Shown in pieces: positions 10,244 to 21,033 of a stretch of 64,000 nucleotides of DNA (positions are counted from its first letter, which is position 1; every line of letters starts with the position of its first letter). The stretch is from Vulcanimicrobiota bacterium. Its GTDB lineage: Bacteria; Vulcanimicrobiota; Vulcanimicrobiia; Vulcanimicrobiales; Vulcanimicrobiaceae. Where the stretch lies: positions 704,001-768,000 of the forward strand of contig CAVRQT010000002.1 of the NCBI GenBank assembly GCA_963723515.1, read 5' to 3'. A program made the position numbers and the translations under genes. Under the pieces are notes generated by a model, which did no database searches, was not told the DNA's origin, and saw only the letters and a program-made list of their open reading frames with translations.

Positions 10244-10533
10244 TTCTTCACCGGCGCACGTCCTTTGAACATCTGAAGCATTCGTTCGGTCACGGCAAAT
10301 CCGCCGACGACATTGATCGTCGCAAGCGCAACGGCGATGATAGAAAAGATGGCCCCCAGCGGTGGAAACGCTGCGCCGGCAACAAGCAAAGCGCCGACGA
10401 GTACGATACCGTGGATCGCGTTCGTCGCCGACATCAGCGGCGTGTGCAGCATCGTTGGAACTTTTGAGATCACTTCAAAACCGACGAAGAGGGCGAGAAT
10501 AAAAACTGTGAGTTCGGCGAGCAGATGCTGCAC
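10240..10533 (-). CDS. pntAB: NAD(P) transhydrogenase alpha subunit part 2 (membrane domain)
   Basis: LHTPLMSATNAI, INVVGGFAVTERMLQMF. Confidence 0.95.
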   Translation of the reverse strand: MQHLLAELTVFILALFVGFEVISKVPTMLHTPLMSATNAIHGIVLVGALLVAGAAFPPLGAIFSIIAVALATINVVGGFAVTERMLQMFKGRAPVKK

Positions 10534-11675
10534 TACGATGCGACTCCGGTTTTCTGCAGCGCCGCGAGCGTCGGTTGGTGGACGATCGCACCATCGTGTA
10601 CGAGCATCGCGCCCTTGATGATCTCATCGCCCACGTCGAGGTTCAGCTCTCCATCCTTGATCAGCAACTGCAGCAGCGCGAAGATGTTTCGCGAGTAGAG
10701 CTGGCTCGCATGAAACGGCACCGTTCCGGCGAGGTTCGTCTGCCCGATGATCGAGACGCCGTGCGCGACGGTCGTTTGCCCTGGAACGGTCAGCGCACAA
10801 TTGCCGCCGGCTTCGGCCGCGAGATCGACGATCACCGAGCCGGGCTGCATCGCTGCGACGGCTTCTTCGGAAATCAAAAGCGGCGCTCGCACGCCCGGCA
10901 CAAGCGCCGTGGTTATCACGACGTCCGAGGCGCCGATATGCTCGAGCATAAAGCGGCGCTGCGTATCGATCTGTTCGCGCGTGAGCTCTTTAGCGTAGCC
11001 GCCGGCCCCTTCACCCTCGGCGCCAAGATCGATCTCGAGAAATGCAGCGCCTAAACTTTGCACCTGTTCTTTGACGACGGTGCGCGTATCGTACGCGCTG
11101 ACCACGGCACCTAAACGTTTTGCGGTCGCGATGGCTTGCAAGCCCGCAACGCCGGCACCTAAAATAAGCACCTTTGCCGGCCGAATTGTACCGGCGGCAG
11201 TTGTCAGCATCGGGAAGAATTTCGGCAACGTCGCGGCGGCCAGCAGGACGGCTTTGTATCCGGCGATGTTGCTCTGCGACGAAAGTGCATCCATGCTTTG
11301 GGCTCGCGTGATACGTGGGATCGCATCCATTGACAGCGCGGTGATCCGCTGATTTGCAAGCCGCTGAACGTATTGCGCATCGCCCAGCGGTGAAAGCAAT
11401 CCGATGAGCACGCTGCCTGGCGGCAACACGCCAAGCTCGTCATCGGTTGGGCGCGTCACTTTGACGGTAATGTCCGCGTTGCTGAGCGTCTCTTGGGCGG
11501 TCGATTGAATCGTCGCGCCTGCTTCCTGGTAAGCCGCATCATCGAAGCCCGCGCGCTTGCCGGCATCGTGCTGGACGATGGTGGCGGCTCCGGCTTTGGC
11601 GATGCGGGAAATCGTTTCCGGGACGAGCGCGACTCGCGATTCGTTCGCGCTTTCCTTGAGAACGGCGACGTTCAC
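10533..11675 (-). CDS. pntAA: NAD(P) transhydrogenase alpha subunit part 1 (NAD-binding domain I)
   Basis: ESRVALVP, RAQSMDALSSQ, GAGVAGLQAI, DLAAEAGGNC. Confidence 0.95.
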   Translation of the reverse strand: MNVAVLKESANESRVALVPETISRIAKAGAATIVQHDAGKRAGFDDAAYQEAGATIQSTAQETLSNADITVKVTRPTDDELGVLPPGSVLIGLLSPLGDAQYVQRLANQRITALSMDAIPRITRAQSMDALSSQSNIAGYKAVLLAAATLPKFFPMLTTAAGTIRPAKVLILGAGVAGLQAIATAKRLGAVVSAYDTRTVVKEQVQSLGAAFLEIDLGAEGEGAGGYAKELTREQIDTQRRFMLEHIGASDVVITTALVPGVRAPLLISEEAVAAMQPGSVIVDLAAEAGGNCALTVPGQTTVAHGVSIIGQTNLAGTVPFHASQLYSRNIFALLQLLIKDGELNLDVGDEIIKGAMLVHDGAIVHQPTLAALQKTGVAS

Positions 11676-11714
11676 CCGCGCCCGGTTGGCGGGGCTAAAG
11701 GCCTATCCCTACCG

Positions 11715-12911
11715 CTATCCTGGCGCGGTGATGCGGCTCAAGAACAAGATTTGGTCGGTGCGATCATCGCGCAACAGCATATAAAAAGGATGATCGACGA
11801 TCATCTGCTCCTTCGGCGGAAGCATCGCCCGCGTGGCCGTTACGACTGCCGTCGCAGCCGCGGCTTGGGTCCCTTCTTCATCGACGCGTACGTACGTCAC
11901 ATGTTCGACACGGCTGACGTGCACCGCGCTTGACGTCATGCGGGAGAAGTTTGCCGCCGACGGATCGAACGCGATTCCCATCCCAAGCGCCGAGAGCGGT
12001 CCGTTCAAGTTGGTATTGTAGTTCACCGTGAAGCGCGGCATCTGCAACTCGATGAGCATGGGTTTCAATTCGCGCCGTGCGCGCTCGAACGCCGCGCTGG
12101 CGAACGCGAGGCCTGAATTCTTTGCCGGCAAGAAAATGTACATCGCGTAGCGATCGCCGCGATATGGCAAGCGCACCAGCTGCCATTGGTTTCCCTTTGC
12201 ATATTCGAATTGGGTACCTTGGCGCATCATGCTGATTGTATGTGGCGCTCCGCTTGCAGAGTAGAACGGCGCCGGAGACGTTTCGTGCGGATCGAACTGG
12301 TGCAGCCACTTTGCTTTGAGCGCCAGCGCATTTGCGAGCACAGCAACATCCAAGGTGTCGAAGCGGTCGAGCAGCTTTGGGATCAATCCGAAGGTTTGAT
12401 CTTTGACCCATCCGTTCAACTGCGCGAGCCCGGCGTCATTAAATGGAATGTTCGTCACCTTAGCGCGATACGAGCGCTGCATCTCATTTGCAAACGAGTG
12501 CCGGATCGGAAAGCCGTTCTTCACCCAGAGCGAGTTTGCAATGGAGAATTGCACGTCGCTCGTCGGTTTCGGGATGTCGTCAAGGAGGGTGGCGACTTCC
12601 GCGTTGAGTTGTGAGTCCGAAACATCGCTACCGTGCAAGACCTGCGCGATCGCCGAACGCGTCTTGGCGGCGGCGCCGTTCTCCGTCATCGAAAGCGCGA
12701 GCGCGACGCTGCTGGGCGAGATGACGACGTTGCCTTTCTCCGCCGCGTTCAGCTTCGCAAAGACGTCGAACCCGAAGGCGGTGTAGCGTGCGGCCAAGGA
12801 GAGCGATGCAGTCGCTGCCGCCAGCAGCGCGATCAGCATCGCCGCTGCCGCCACGGTCGTCAATGTCCTGGTTGTCGCTTTTTTCATCTGCTTTTGCTTG
12901 AGAAGGTTCAA
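11715..12911 (-). CDS. secreted serpin (serine protease inhibitor)
   Basis: NVVISPSS, IANSLW, NGWVKDQTFGLI, VDEEGTQAAAAT hinge, DHPF; N-terminal signal peptide. Confidence 0.93.
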   Translation of the reverse strand: MNLLKQKQMKKATTRTLTTVAAAAMLIALLAAATASLSLAARYTAFGFDVFAKLNAAEKGNVVISPSSVALALSMTENGAAAKTRSAIAQVLHGSDVSDSQLNAEVATLLDDIPKPTSDVQFSIANSLWVKNGFPIRHSFANEMQRSYRAKVTNIPFNDAGLAQLNGWVKDQTFGLIPKLLDRFDTLDVAVLANALALKAKWLHQFDPHETSPAPFYSASGAPHTISMMRQGTQFEYAKGNQWQLVRLPYRGDRYAMYIFLPAKNSGLAFASAAFERARRELKPMLIELQMPRFTVNYNTNLNGPLSALGMGIAFDPSAANFSRMTSSAVHVSRVEHVTYVRVDEEGTQAAAATAVVTATRAMLPPKEQMIVDHPFYMLLRDDRTDQILFLSRITAPG

Positions 12912-13768
12912 CCGATCGCGATCGTATTGCGCAGGGTGCCGATGCCTTGGATTTCAACCTCGACAACGTCGCCGTCGTGCAAGAACTCCGGAGGCGTTCG
13001 TGCGAATCCAACTCCCGCCGGCGTGCCTGTTGCAATGACATCGCCTGACTCTAAGGTCATCCCGCGAGATAACTCAGCCACGATCCGCGCAACGGAAAAG
13101 ATCATCGATGATGTCGATGCGGATTGCTTCGCGTCACCGTTGACGCGGACTTCAAGCTTCAGTGCTTGCGGATCGCCGACTTCTTCCGCTGTGACGATCC
13201 ACGGTCCGATCGGACAACTGTGATCGAGGCTCTTGCCTTTGAACCACTGGCCGTGCGCACGCTGCAGATTGCGTGCGGTGATGTCGTTGATGCAGGTATA
13301 GGCGAAAACATGGTCGAGCGCATCTTGCTCCGCAATGTCGCGCCCGGGCTTGCCGATGATCACGCCGAGCTCACCTTCCCAATCATATTCACGTGACAAT
13401 TCACTGGAGAACTCAAGCGTAGCGTCTGGATCGGCGATCGCTGTAACGGCTTTCGTAAAGAACTCAGGCACGTCCGGAATCTTGAACTGACGGCCAAAGG
13501 CGCGTGCGCCTTCCGCCGCGTGATCGAGATAGTTGCGGCCGACGCAGAAGACGTTCTTGCGCGGCAGAACAGGCGCGTGCAGATGAACTTGGTCAAGCGG
13601 CGTTTCGCGGTCCGTTTGCGCCGCTGCTATGAGACGCTGAAGCGCTTCGCTAGGTAGTGCGGCGCACTCTTCGAGCGATGCGCACGCCAATTGAACGACA
13701 CGCCCATCGACCAGCTTCCCGGGCCGGTGCTGCGCTTCATCGCCGATAGAGAATGTGAGGAGTTTCAC
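12908..13768 (-). CDS. fumarylacetoacetate hydrolase family protein
   Basis: CVGRNY.DH, DWEGELGVIIG, NDITAR, GKSLD, GDVIATGTPAGVG. Confidence 0.93.
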   Translation of the reverse strand: MKLLTFSIGDEAQHRPGKLVDGRVVQLACASLEECAALPSEALQRLIAAAQTDRETPLDQVHLHAPVLPRKNVFCVGRNYLDHAAEGARAFGRQFKIPDVPEFFTKAVTAIADPDATLEFSSELSREYDWEGELGVIIGKPGRDIAEQDALDHVFAYTCINDITARNLQRAHGQWFKGKSLDHSCPIGPWIVTAEEVGDPQALKLEVRVNGDAKQSASTSSMIFSVARIVAELSRGMTLESGDVIATGTPAGVGFARTPPEFLHDGDVVEVEIQGIGTLRNTIAIG

Positions 13769-13794
13769 AAGCTTCGCTTATCAGCGAACTCTGA

Positions 13795-13815
13795 CTGGAT
13801 TGACCGTCAATCTAG
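13795..13815. promoter_or_regulatory. palindromic candidate operator upstream of the FAA hydrolase gene
   Basis: CTGGATTGAC-C-GTCAATCTAG: 10-bp arms with 1 mismatch and a 1-nt spacer, in an intergenic gap. Confidence 0.4.
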
Positions 13816-13855
13816 GCAACGGCGCACGTTGATAACGATACGCAGATCGTCTGCT

Positions 13856-14059
13856 TTAGCGTTTTTGGCGAGTCAGATGCCAGCGGTCACAGTACACGCA
13901 GTGATACGCGTGCAGAACCTTCGCCATGCCGTTCATCGCGGCGACGGCTCGCGCCGCATCTTCGGATTCGTAACCGTCTTTGGAGCGACAGCTTCGCTCC
14001 ATATCGCGGTCGACGTAATCGTCGCGGTCACCGCGATTGCGAAGCCACCAGTCCATCAT
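13856..14059 (-). CDS. small hypothetical Cys/His (likely Zn-binding) protein
   Basis: C..K..Y....A...AYHCVYCDRWHLT pattern; start overlaps the upstream stop (ATGA). Confidence 0.7.
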   Translation of the reverse strand: MMDWWLRNRGDRDDYVDRDMERSCRSKDGYESEDAARAVAAMNGMAKVLHAYHCVYCDRWHLTRQKR

Positions 14060-14550
14060 GACTTCGGTTTTGGCGTCGGCGTGGCGCGCAGGATCTTATC
14101 GAGTCCGGGAAGACCGCGGTGCTGCGCTCGGTTACGCGCGTCGATCTCGAGCATATCGGTCACTGCGCCCTTGTAGTCGCCCCAATTGCCGCCACGCGAG
14201 AGCAGCGCGACGCCACGATGCACCTTTTGCGTGCGGGGATTGTAGTCGTACATTACTCGATAGACTCCGACGATCGCATGGCCGTCGGGTTTGCGGATCC
14301 ACATCTGAAGGACGTTCCCGTATGTCTGGGCGTTGAACGTCAGATTCTTGCACGATTTTCCTGACCTGACGCGCACGATTTGTCCGAGGCGGTTGACCTC
14401 GACGACAAACTCCGTATGCAACGGGACCGTCGGCAGATGCGGCGTCGGCAACGCGAACGGATGCGGCGTAGCCGTCTGCGCCTGGGCCGGCACGCAGACA
14501 GGAAGAAAAACGACACAAGCGCTCGCGGCGCACAAGAAAATTCGAAGCAT
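14056..14550 (-). CDS. secreted hypothetical protein, weakly TonB C-terminal-like
   Basis: AAGGA RBS before ATG 14550; signal peptide ending AQA; FVVEVNRLGQIVRVRSGKS...FN..T...V..M pattern recalls TonB_C. Confidence 0.55.
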   Translation of the reverse strand: MLRIFLCAASACVVFLPVCVPAQAQTATPHPFALPTPHLPTVPLHTEFVVEVNRLGQIVRVRSGKSCKNLTFNAQTYGNVLQMWIRKPDGHAIVGVYRVMYDYNPRTQKVHRGVALLSRGGNWGDYKGAVTDMLEIDARNRAQHRGLPGLDKILRATPTPKPKS

Positions 14551-14558
14551 GAAATCCT

Positions 14559-14729
14559 TCAGTTGCGGGAGATCGCGGCGAACGCGCGGCCGCATGAAGC
14601 GCACGCTACCACGACCTGAAAGACGGCGGGCTGGTTGCGCGCGGAGCGCTCCGGCGGTTGATCTTCATCACTGCCGCAGTAACGGCACCGCGTCGAAGTC
14701 GAGTTCCATTGCGGAAGCGGTTCGTCCAC
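14559..14729 (-). CDS. small zinc-ribbon protein (56 aa)
   Basis: Hand-translated from GTG: MDEPLPQWNSTSTRCRYCGSDEDQPPERSARNQPAVFQVVVACASCGRAFAAISRN*; two CxxC knuckles; stop abuts the RBS of the next gene. Confidence 0.6.
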   Translation of the reverse strand: MDEPLPQWNSTSTRCRYCGSDEDQPPERSARNQPAVFQVVVACASCGRAFAAISRN

Positions 14730-14812
14730 GCCGACCCGCTGCTGCAGACCCTCTCGAGGGCCTCTTAGGCGGGGCCACCGCCACGCTATCCGAAAATCGG
14801 GTTACTCGTTAC

Positions 14813-17477
14813 ATGGCTCGTTCTGCATCGCCCGAGAAACCACCGCAAAGCATAGCACAGGTCGCGCCCGACAGCGCGAGAGTAATGTTGCTTGACACCT
14901 ATGGTCTGGTCTATCGTGCGTACTTCGCGCTGCCGATGTTGACGACGATCAAAGGCGTGCCGATCAACGCCGCTTACGGTTTCACGATGATGCTCAACAA
15001 GCTCATCGCCGACGAACGTCCGACGCATGTAATCGCCGCATTCGATAAAGGCATGCCGCAAGCGCGCGTCGAGCTCTTCGCCGATTACAAAGCGAATCGT
15101 ACGGAATCGCCCGACGACTTGCGCAGTCAATTTACGCTCGTGCGACAGGTTTTGGATACGTATCGCATCCCAATCATCGAGGTGACCGGCCAAGAGGCGG
15201 ACGACATCATTGCGACGCTGGCCCGTCAGGCCGCGTCTCTGCAGCAGCGGACGCTCGTTGTTACCGGAGATTTGGATCTGCTGCAGATCGTCGATGATCG
15301 AACGACTGTCTTGATGACGCGCCGCGGCATCACGGAACTCGGACGCTACGACGTCGCAGCGGTTCGCGAGCGTTTCGACTTAGATCCGGGCCAACTGCCG
15401 GACTATCGAGGACTCAAAGGCGACCCCTCGGATAATCTGCCGGGCATCCCCGGAGTTGGCGAAAAGACCGCGATCAAGCTGATCAAAGCGGCCGGCTCAC
15501 TCGACCGATTGGTCGCGCAGCCCGCCCTCGCGGGATCGGCGAAGTTGGAAGCGCTGGTCGTGCAGTTCGGCAACCAAGCCAAGACCTGCCGCGACGTTTC
15601 GGTCGTGAGCCAAGATCTCGACGTGGCTGTCGACTGGGAAGGCAGCCGCTATGCGGCACCGTCAAACGACGCGCTGTATAAACTCTACAAAGAATTAGAG
15701 TTTAAGTCGTTGCTCGCAAAACTCGATGTGCCCATTGACGTTCCGATCTTTGCGCATGACGAAACGCTCAAAGGCACCTGGCGCTCCTATGTGAGCGCCG
15801 TTGATCCGCCCGATTATAAGCGCTTGGCAGACGAATTGCGGCATCTGCAGGCCAACGCGCAGATCGGGGTTGCGCTTCGGGGCGGCGAAATCGGCGTCTC
15901 AGGTGCACCTGGAACCGGCGTTGGATTCTTGGTTGCGTCCTTAGCACACGAACCGGTCCGTTCCGCATTTTCGGAATTATGGACCGGCCCGCATCAATTC
16001 GTGGCCTACGATAGCAAAGGCGTCTCAACCGAACTGAACCGCCACGGCTTTGCGTTCCGTCAATTTCAAGACGATCCGATGATCGCAGCGCATCTGCTCA
16101 ATCCGTCGCGCTCCTTTGCGAATGTTGCAGACGCGGCCGCGGAACAGCTCGATCGCGCCGTTCCCGAAGATGTCGGCGCCTATGCCGACGCCGCGCTGCA
16201 GCTCGTCAACGTGCAGCGCGAGCGCTTGCGTGATTGCGATCAGCTGCGGCTCTACGAAGACGTCGAGGTCCCGCTGGCAACGATACTCGCGAAGATGGAG
16301 CGCCACGGCATCATGATCGATCCGCGCGAGTTGCAAGTGCTTTCGGGCGAGATTGAATCCGCCGCCAAGCGGCTCGCGGATGAAATTTTCCAGCTCGCCG
16401 GCGCCGAATTCAACATCGCCTCACCCCAGCAGCTCGGCACGATTCTCTTCAATCAAATGCAGCTTCCCGGCGGGAAGCAGACCAAAACGGGGTGGGCGAC
16501 CGGCGTCGAGGTGCTGCAGTCCCTTGCCCGCGAGCATCCGATTTGCGCTAAGGTGCTCGAGTATCGCGAGGTCACTAAACTGAAGAACACTTACGTTGAC
16601 GTCATTCCGAAATTGACCGATGCCGACGGACGCTTGCGCACGGCGTTCAACCAGACGTCAACTGCAACGGGGCGCCTCTCGTCGACGAATCCGAATCTGC
16701 AGAATATTCCGGTGCGCGGCGAGCTGGGCCGGCGCATTCGGCGCGCGTTCGTTGCCTCGTCTTCGGATCGCGTGCTTTTCGCCGCCGACTATAGTCAGAT
16801 CGAGCTTCGCTTGATGGCGCATCTCTCCGGCGACGAGGCGATGCGGCGCGCATTCGCCGAGCGGCAAGACATTCACGACTTTACCGCACGACAGATCTTC
16901 AACGTCGGCAACGGCAGCGTCGATCCGAACCAGCGGCGCATCGCGAAATCGGTCAATTTCGGTTTGCTTTACGGGATGTCCGATTTCGGCCTCGCGCAGC
17001 GGCTCGAGATCAGCCGCGCCGATGCAAAGGCAATGACGCAAGCGTATTTTGCGCGTTTTCCAAGCGTGCGCTCGTACATCGATGGCGTTCTCGAAGGGGG
17101 ACGTGAGCAACGGCTACGTCTCGACGATTCTCGGACGCCGCCGCTATATGCCCGCTCTGCGTTCGCCAAATTATATGCTGCGCGCGGCCGCGGAACGCGA
17201 GGCGACGAACGCGCCGCTTCAGGGCAGCGCCGCGGATTTAATGAAGCTCGCGATGGTGCGCATCGATGCCGCGCTTTCGGATGCGAATCTCGACGCGCAG
17301 ATGCTCCTGCAGATCCACGACGAGCTGATCTTTGAAGTCGCGGCGTCACAACTTCCCGCCGTCGCCAAACTCGTCCGCAAGCAAATGGAGTCTGCACTTG
17401 AGCTGAGCGTGCCGGTTGAGGTGACGCTGAAATCCGGCTCAAATTGGTACGACGTCGAGATGTATGAGGACGCTTAG
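14813..17477 (+). CDS. polA: DNA polymerase I (one +1 frameshift near 17096-17108, probably a sequencing error)
   Basis: 5'-3' exonuclease (LLD.YGLVYRAYFALP, EADD, GDPSDNLPGIPGVGEKTA); motif A DYSQIELR, motif B AKSVNFGLLYG; continues in another frame GYVSTILGRRRY...NAPLQGSAAD...QIHDEL. Confidence 0.96.
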
Positions 17478-17491
17478 CCCCAAAGCCGGCA

Positions 17492-19400
17492 GTGATAGCG
17501 ATCCTCGTTCGCATGCTGGTGGAAGCAATACGTTGTCGCGAACGCTGTGCTTTGTCGTGCTCGCCGCGATCTGGCCAAGAGCGAGCGCCAAAGGAAACCC
17601 CGGCCGGTGCAGCGGTTCGAATGTGGCGACGCTCGTGTTGCCTGCCCTCGCCTTAGCGTTTCTGCACTTTTCTGGTGGCCGCTCTCATTGGCTATCTCGT
17701 TCGGTCTGGCGTTTTTTCAATATGACGGGGAAGCGATTCGGACAACGTTGCAGCGGCTGCGCACACTTTTGATCGAAGCCGCACCGGCGCTAACAAAGCT
17801 CGCACTCGGTTTGGTCGCTGTTTCGGACCTCTTCCGCGCGGCCGTGATGCATCGCCTCAACTCCTTACAGACAGCGACAGTGTGATGTACCACCTGCCGA
17901 TGTCGATCGCGTACTTGCAACATCACACCGCGGTGCCGGCGCAGGTGATGTTTCACCCGGCAATGCGGAACTGCTCGATGCGTTGGGCTTGGGCGCGATC
18001 GGGGCGCGTCGGCGGACACACGTTGACGGAAGGCATTGCAGCGTTGGCGCTCGATTTTTTCCGCCTTCGCGTTTCATTCGGCGCAGCGGCGGGTCACTCG
18101 ATCTGGCGCTGCTTTGTGCTGACCGCGCTGTGTGCGATGCCGCTCGTGAGCGATCAGCTCTTCACGGCCCAAAACGACGTCCTGACCGGCGCGCTATTGC
18201 TCGCTTTATCACGCTGTGGGGATATCGGCCGCTGACTCTGCGGCCTCTCGTTGGGGCTCGTCGCGGGAACGAAGTTCACCGGCTTTGCAATCGCGCTCGC
18301 GCTGATTCCGTTACTGCGATTGACGAGCGGACCGGTGACTGGGTCCTATCGACCTCGCATCGCGCTGGCCGTCGGCTTGCCGTGGTACGTTCGCAACGCG
18401 ATCGAAGTGCATCGCCGTTTTATCTCGGCGCGTTGACGCACGGCATTTCGCTTCAACGATCGCCGGGCATGCTCGTCGCGCGCTGCCGTTCGCCGCGCTG
18501 GCGTTTTGGAATTATGGCGGCTTGCCGGCGCTCGCGGGCTTTCCGTGCATGTTCACGCGCAGCGATTCGAAAAGCGCCCGCACCGCTGCAGCGATGTCGC
18601 TTGGATCGGCGTCATCGGCACAATCCTGTGGGCCGTATGCCGGATTCGGCGGAGAGTATTCCCGGCACACTCGATCAGTTGACGTCGGGTTGGTCCATCC
18701 GCTACGTCCTGCTCGTTCCGGCTACTACTGACGATCGCCGCGATCGCGTGGCTCATGCTTTAACCCGTACGCTGTCCCGCCTCGCCGTACTTCGTGATCG
18801 CGCTCTCGGCCTTGAGCACGCGCCTGGACTGCAAACGTATCAAGCTCGATGCCAATGCGCTGCGCTTTATGTTGCCTCTGTTAGCGTGTCGTCCTCATCC
18901 TGGTCGATGGCCGCCGTGCTATTGCGGCAGCCGCCTGCAAATTGCGGCGGCTGCGCGTGCGGTCATTTTATTCGCCGCGATCAACATGGTTCGGAACCGC
19001 TAGGGTAACGTCGCGGTATGGGATACACGTTATGCAACCTACACACCGAAACGTCCGACGCCCGTCTTGGATACGGCGTTTTTTACGTAAGGCGCATACG
19101 GTCGCCACGATTCAGGCGCTACCGTTGCCCTACATGGGACGCGCACTTCGAACGGTACGTCGATCAGCGATCTCGAACGGGCTAATCGACGGATGCCTGG
19201 TGGCGTAAGCTCAACGGCGAACCGGTCGACCTTGTGATTGCAACGGACGGCGCGGAGCGTGCCGGCGATCCGCGCTGGGGAATCATTTCTGCTGACGAAC
19301 AGGTGTTGCGAGCGAGCCACCGTTTTCGGCAAATCTATCGGTGACTCGTCCGTGCGTGTGTACGAGCCGGAAGCACCGCAATGGAGAGCGCTACGAATGA
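17492..19400 (+). pseudogene. heavily fragmented polytopic membrane protein, GT-C/ArnT-like (boundaries approximate)
   Basis: Hydrophobic fragments in different frames: MYHLPMSIAYLQHH, AQNDVLTGALLL, GLVAGTKFTG, GLPWYVRNA; many frame switches. Confidence 0.5.
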
Positions 19401-19432
19401 TTCGGTTTTTTTGAGCGCGTTGATGCTGGCGG

Positions 19433-19855
19433 TTGCTTCAGCCGGCGCGACGGCTACCGTCGCCGATACAGTTTGCGCATCTGACCCTGCGAGCCCCGAA
19501 GGCAACGCTCTCGCTCGAAGTCGCCGACACGCAAGCCAAAGCCGAGCGCGGCCTGATGTATCGCACGACGCTCGCGCCGCACACGGGCATGATCTTCATC
19601 TTCAAGCAAGACGACGACATCGAGTTCTGGATGAAAAATACGCTGATTCCGCTCGACATGGTCTTCGTCGGGGCCGACGGCCAGGTGCGCTCCGTCTCCG
19701 CGGACGTGCCGGCGACCTCGCCGGATACGCCGGATGAGCGCATTCCGCGCGTCCTCGGCCGCGCCAAATACGTGCTCGAGTTGCCGGCGGGTGAAGCAAC
19801 GGCCGACGGGTTGCGTGCCGGCACGCGATTGCCGCAATTAGGGAAGCCGCTCTAG
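19433..19855 (+). CDS. DUF192 domain protein (N-terminus probably frameshifted; true start near 19397)
   Basis: LEVADT...RGLMYR...GMIFIF...FWMKNTLIPLDMVF...YVLELPAG. Confidence 0.88.
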   Translation: MLQPARRLPSPIQFAHLTLRAPKATLSLEVADTQAKAERGLMYRTTLAPHTGMIFIFKQDDDIEFWMKNTLIPLDMVFVGADGQVRSVSADVPATSPDTPDERIPRVLGRAKYVLELPAGEATADGLRAGTRLPQLGKPL

Positions 19856-19865
19856 CGTTCGCGCG

Positions 19866-21030
19866 ATGAGATTCGTGGTGGTTGCCGCAGCGCTCTTCGC
19901 GGCGATCTATTTCGCCTTGGATCTCAACAAGCTTCAGGCGCTGTACTACGGATTCGACAACGGCATCTTTTTGCAAAGTCTCTCGCATGTCGCGCAAGAC
20001 GGCAGCGCCTTCAATTGGGCGGAGGCAAAGTCGCATTGGTTCGTGCATGATTCATGGACGTTGCTCGTGCTTGTGCCCTTCGTGAAACTCTATCCGTATC
20101 AGGAGACGCTGATTGCGGCGCAGGTGCTGCTGATCGGCGGCTCCAGCATCGCGCTCTATGCCTTCGCGCGCCGCATCGGCGTCGAGCGAACCGCAGCCAT
20201 CTGTCTCGGGCCTTGCCTATTTGATTGCTCCGGCCGTTCAGGGCTTTGCGTACAACGATTTCTCGGAAAGCCACTTTGAGCCGCTGCTGATCTTCTTGAT
20301 TGCGATCGCAGCCGCGCGCCGCTCGTTGCTTTGGACCTTGGTCATCGCCCAACTGCTGCTCGGCGTCAAAGAGGATCTCGCCCTCTTCTTACTATGGTTT
20401 GGAATTGCCGCAGCCATTTGGTACGACCGCCGTGCTGGATTATCGGTCGCCGTGCTCGCGTTGCTGAACGCACTGCTCTACCAGTGGTTCTTGCTGTCGC
20501 ACGGGCAGCATGGCTCCGTGCCCCAATATTCCTTGAGCGTTCAGCATCTGCCGCAAGACGTTGCCTTCATTATCGAGATGCTCGTGCCGTTTGCTTTTGC
20601 ACCGCTGCTCTTGCGCTGGCGCGTCCTCTTAGCATTGCCGCTTCTTGCTGAACTCGTGCTTGCCGAGCGCACCGGTTTTCCGCTCGCGCGTGCCGGCACG
20701 CATTATACCGAAGCCTTCGTGGCATTGCTGGCCATCGGCGCCGCGCTCGCGTTTCGAGAACGGCCGCGGCTGGCACGTTGGGCGCTTGGCGGCTCGGTCT
20801 TAATGGTGCTGTTCTTTAATACGACGGTGCTGCATTTCGGTCGTCATCTTTACGTCGTCGACGAAGCTGCGTATGAAAAAGCGCGCAGTTTGGTGGCGCA
20901 GCAACGCCCGGCACGCTTTACTGCCGAAGAGCAAGGCGCGTGGAGCGTCGCGGCCGGCGACACCAACGCGCAAATCGAAGGGTTTGGAAAGCCGTTGCGT
21001 TTTCAAAAGCCGGCGTGGAATACGAGATAA
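19866..21030 (+). CDS. DUF2079-like membrane protein (one frameshift at GGG 20208-20210)
   Basis: FDNGIFLQSL, SHWFVH.S, ETLIAAQ, then after removing one G: LAYLIAP...DFSE...LLLGVKED. Confidence 0.75.
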
Positions 21031-21033
21031 GCG

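Noticed and set aside
14333..14812. Long N-terminal extension of the 1000-aa polA ORF
   Set aside because: It is the antisense of real minus-strand genes; Pol I similarity begins only after ATG 14813
17090..17110. Programmed ribosomal frameshift in polA
   Set aside because: No canonical slippery heptamer or stimulatory structure, and similar indels occur throughout the window
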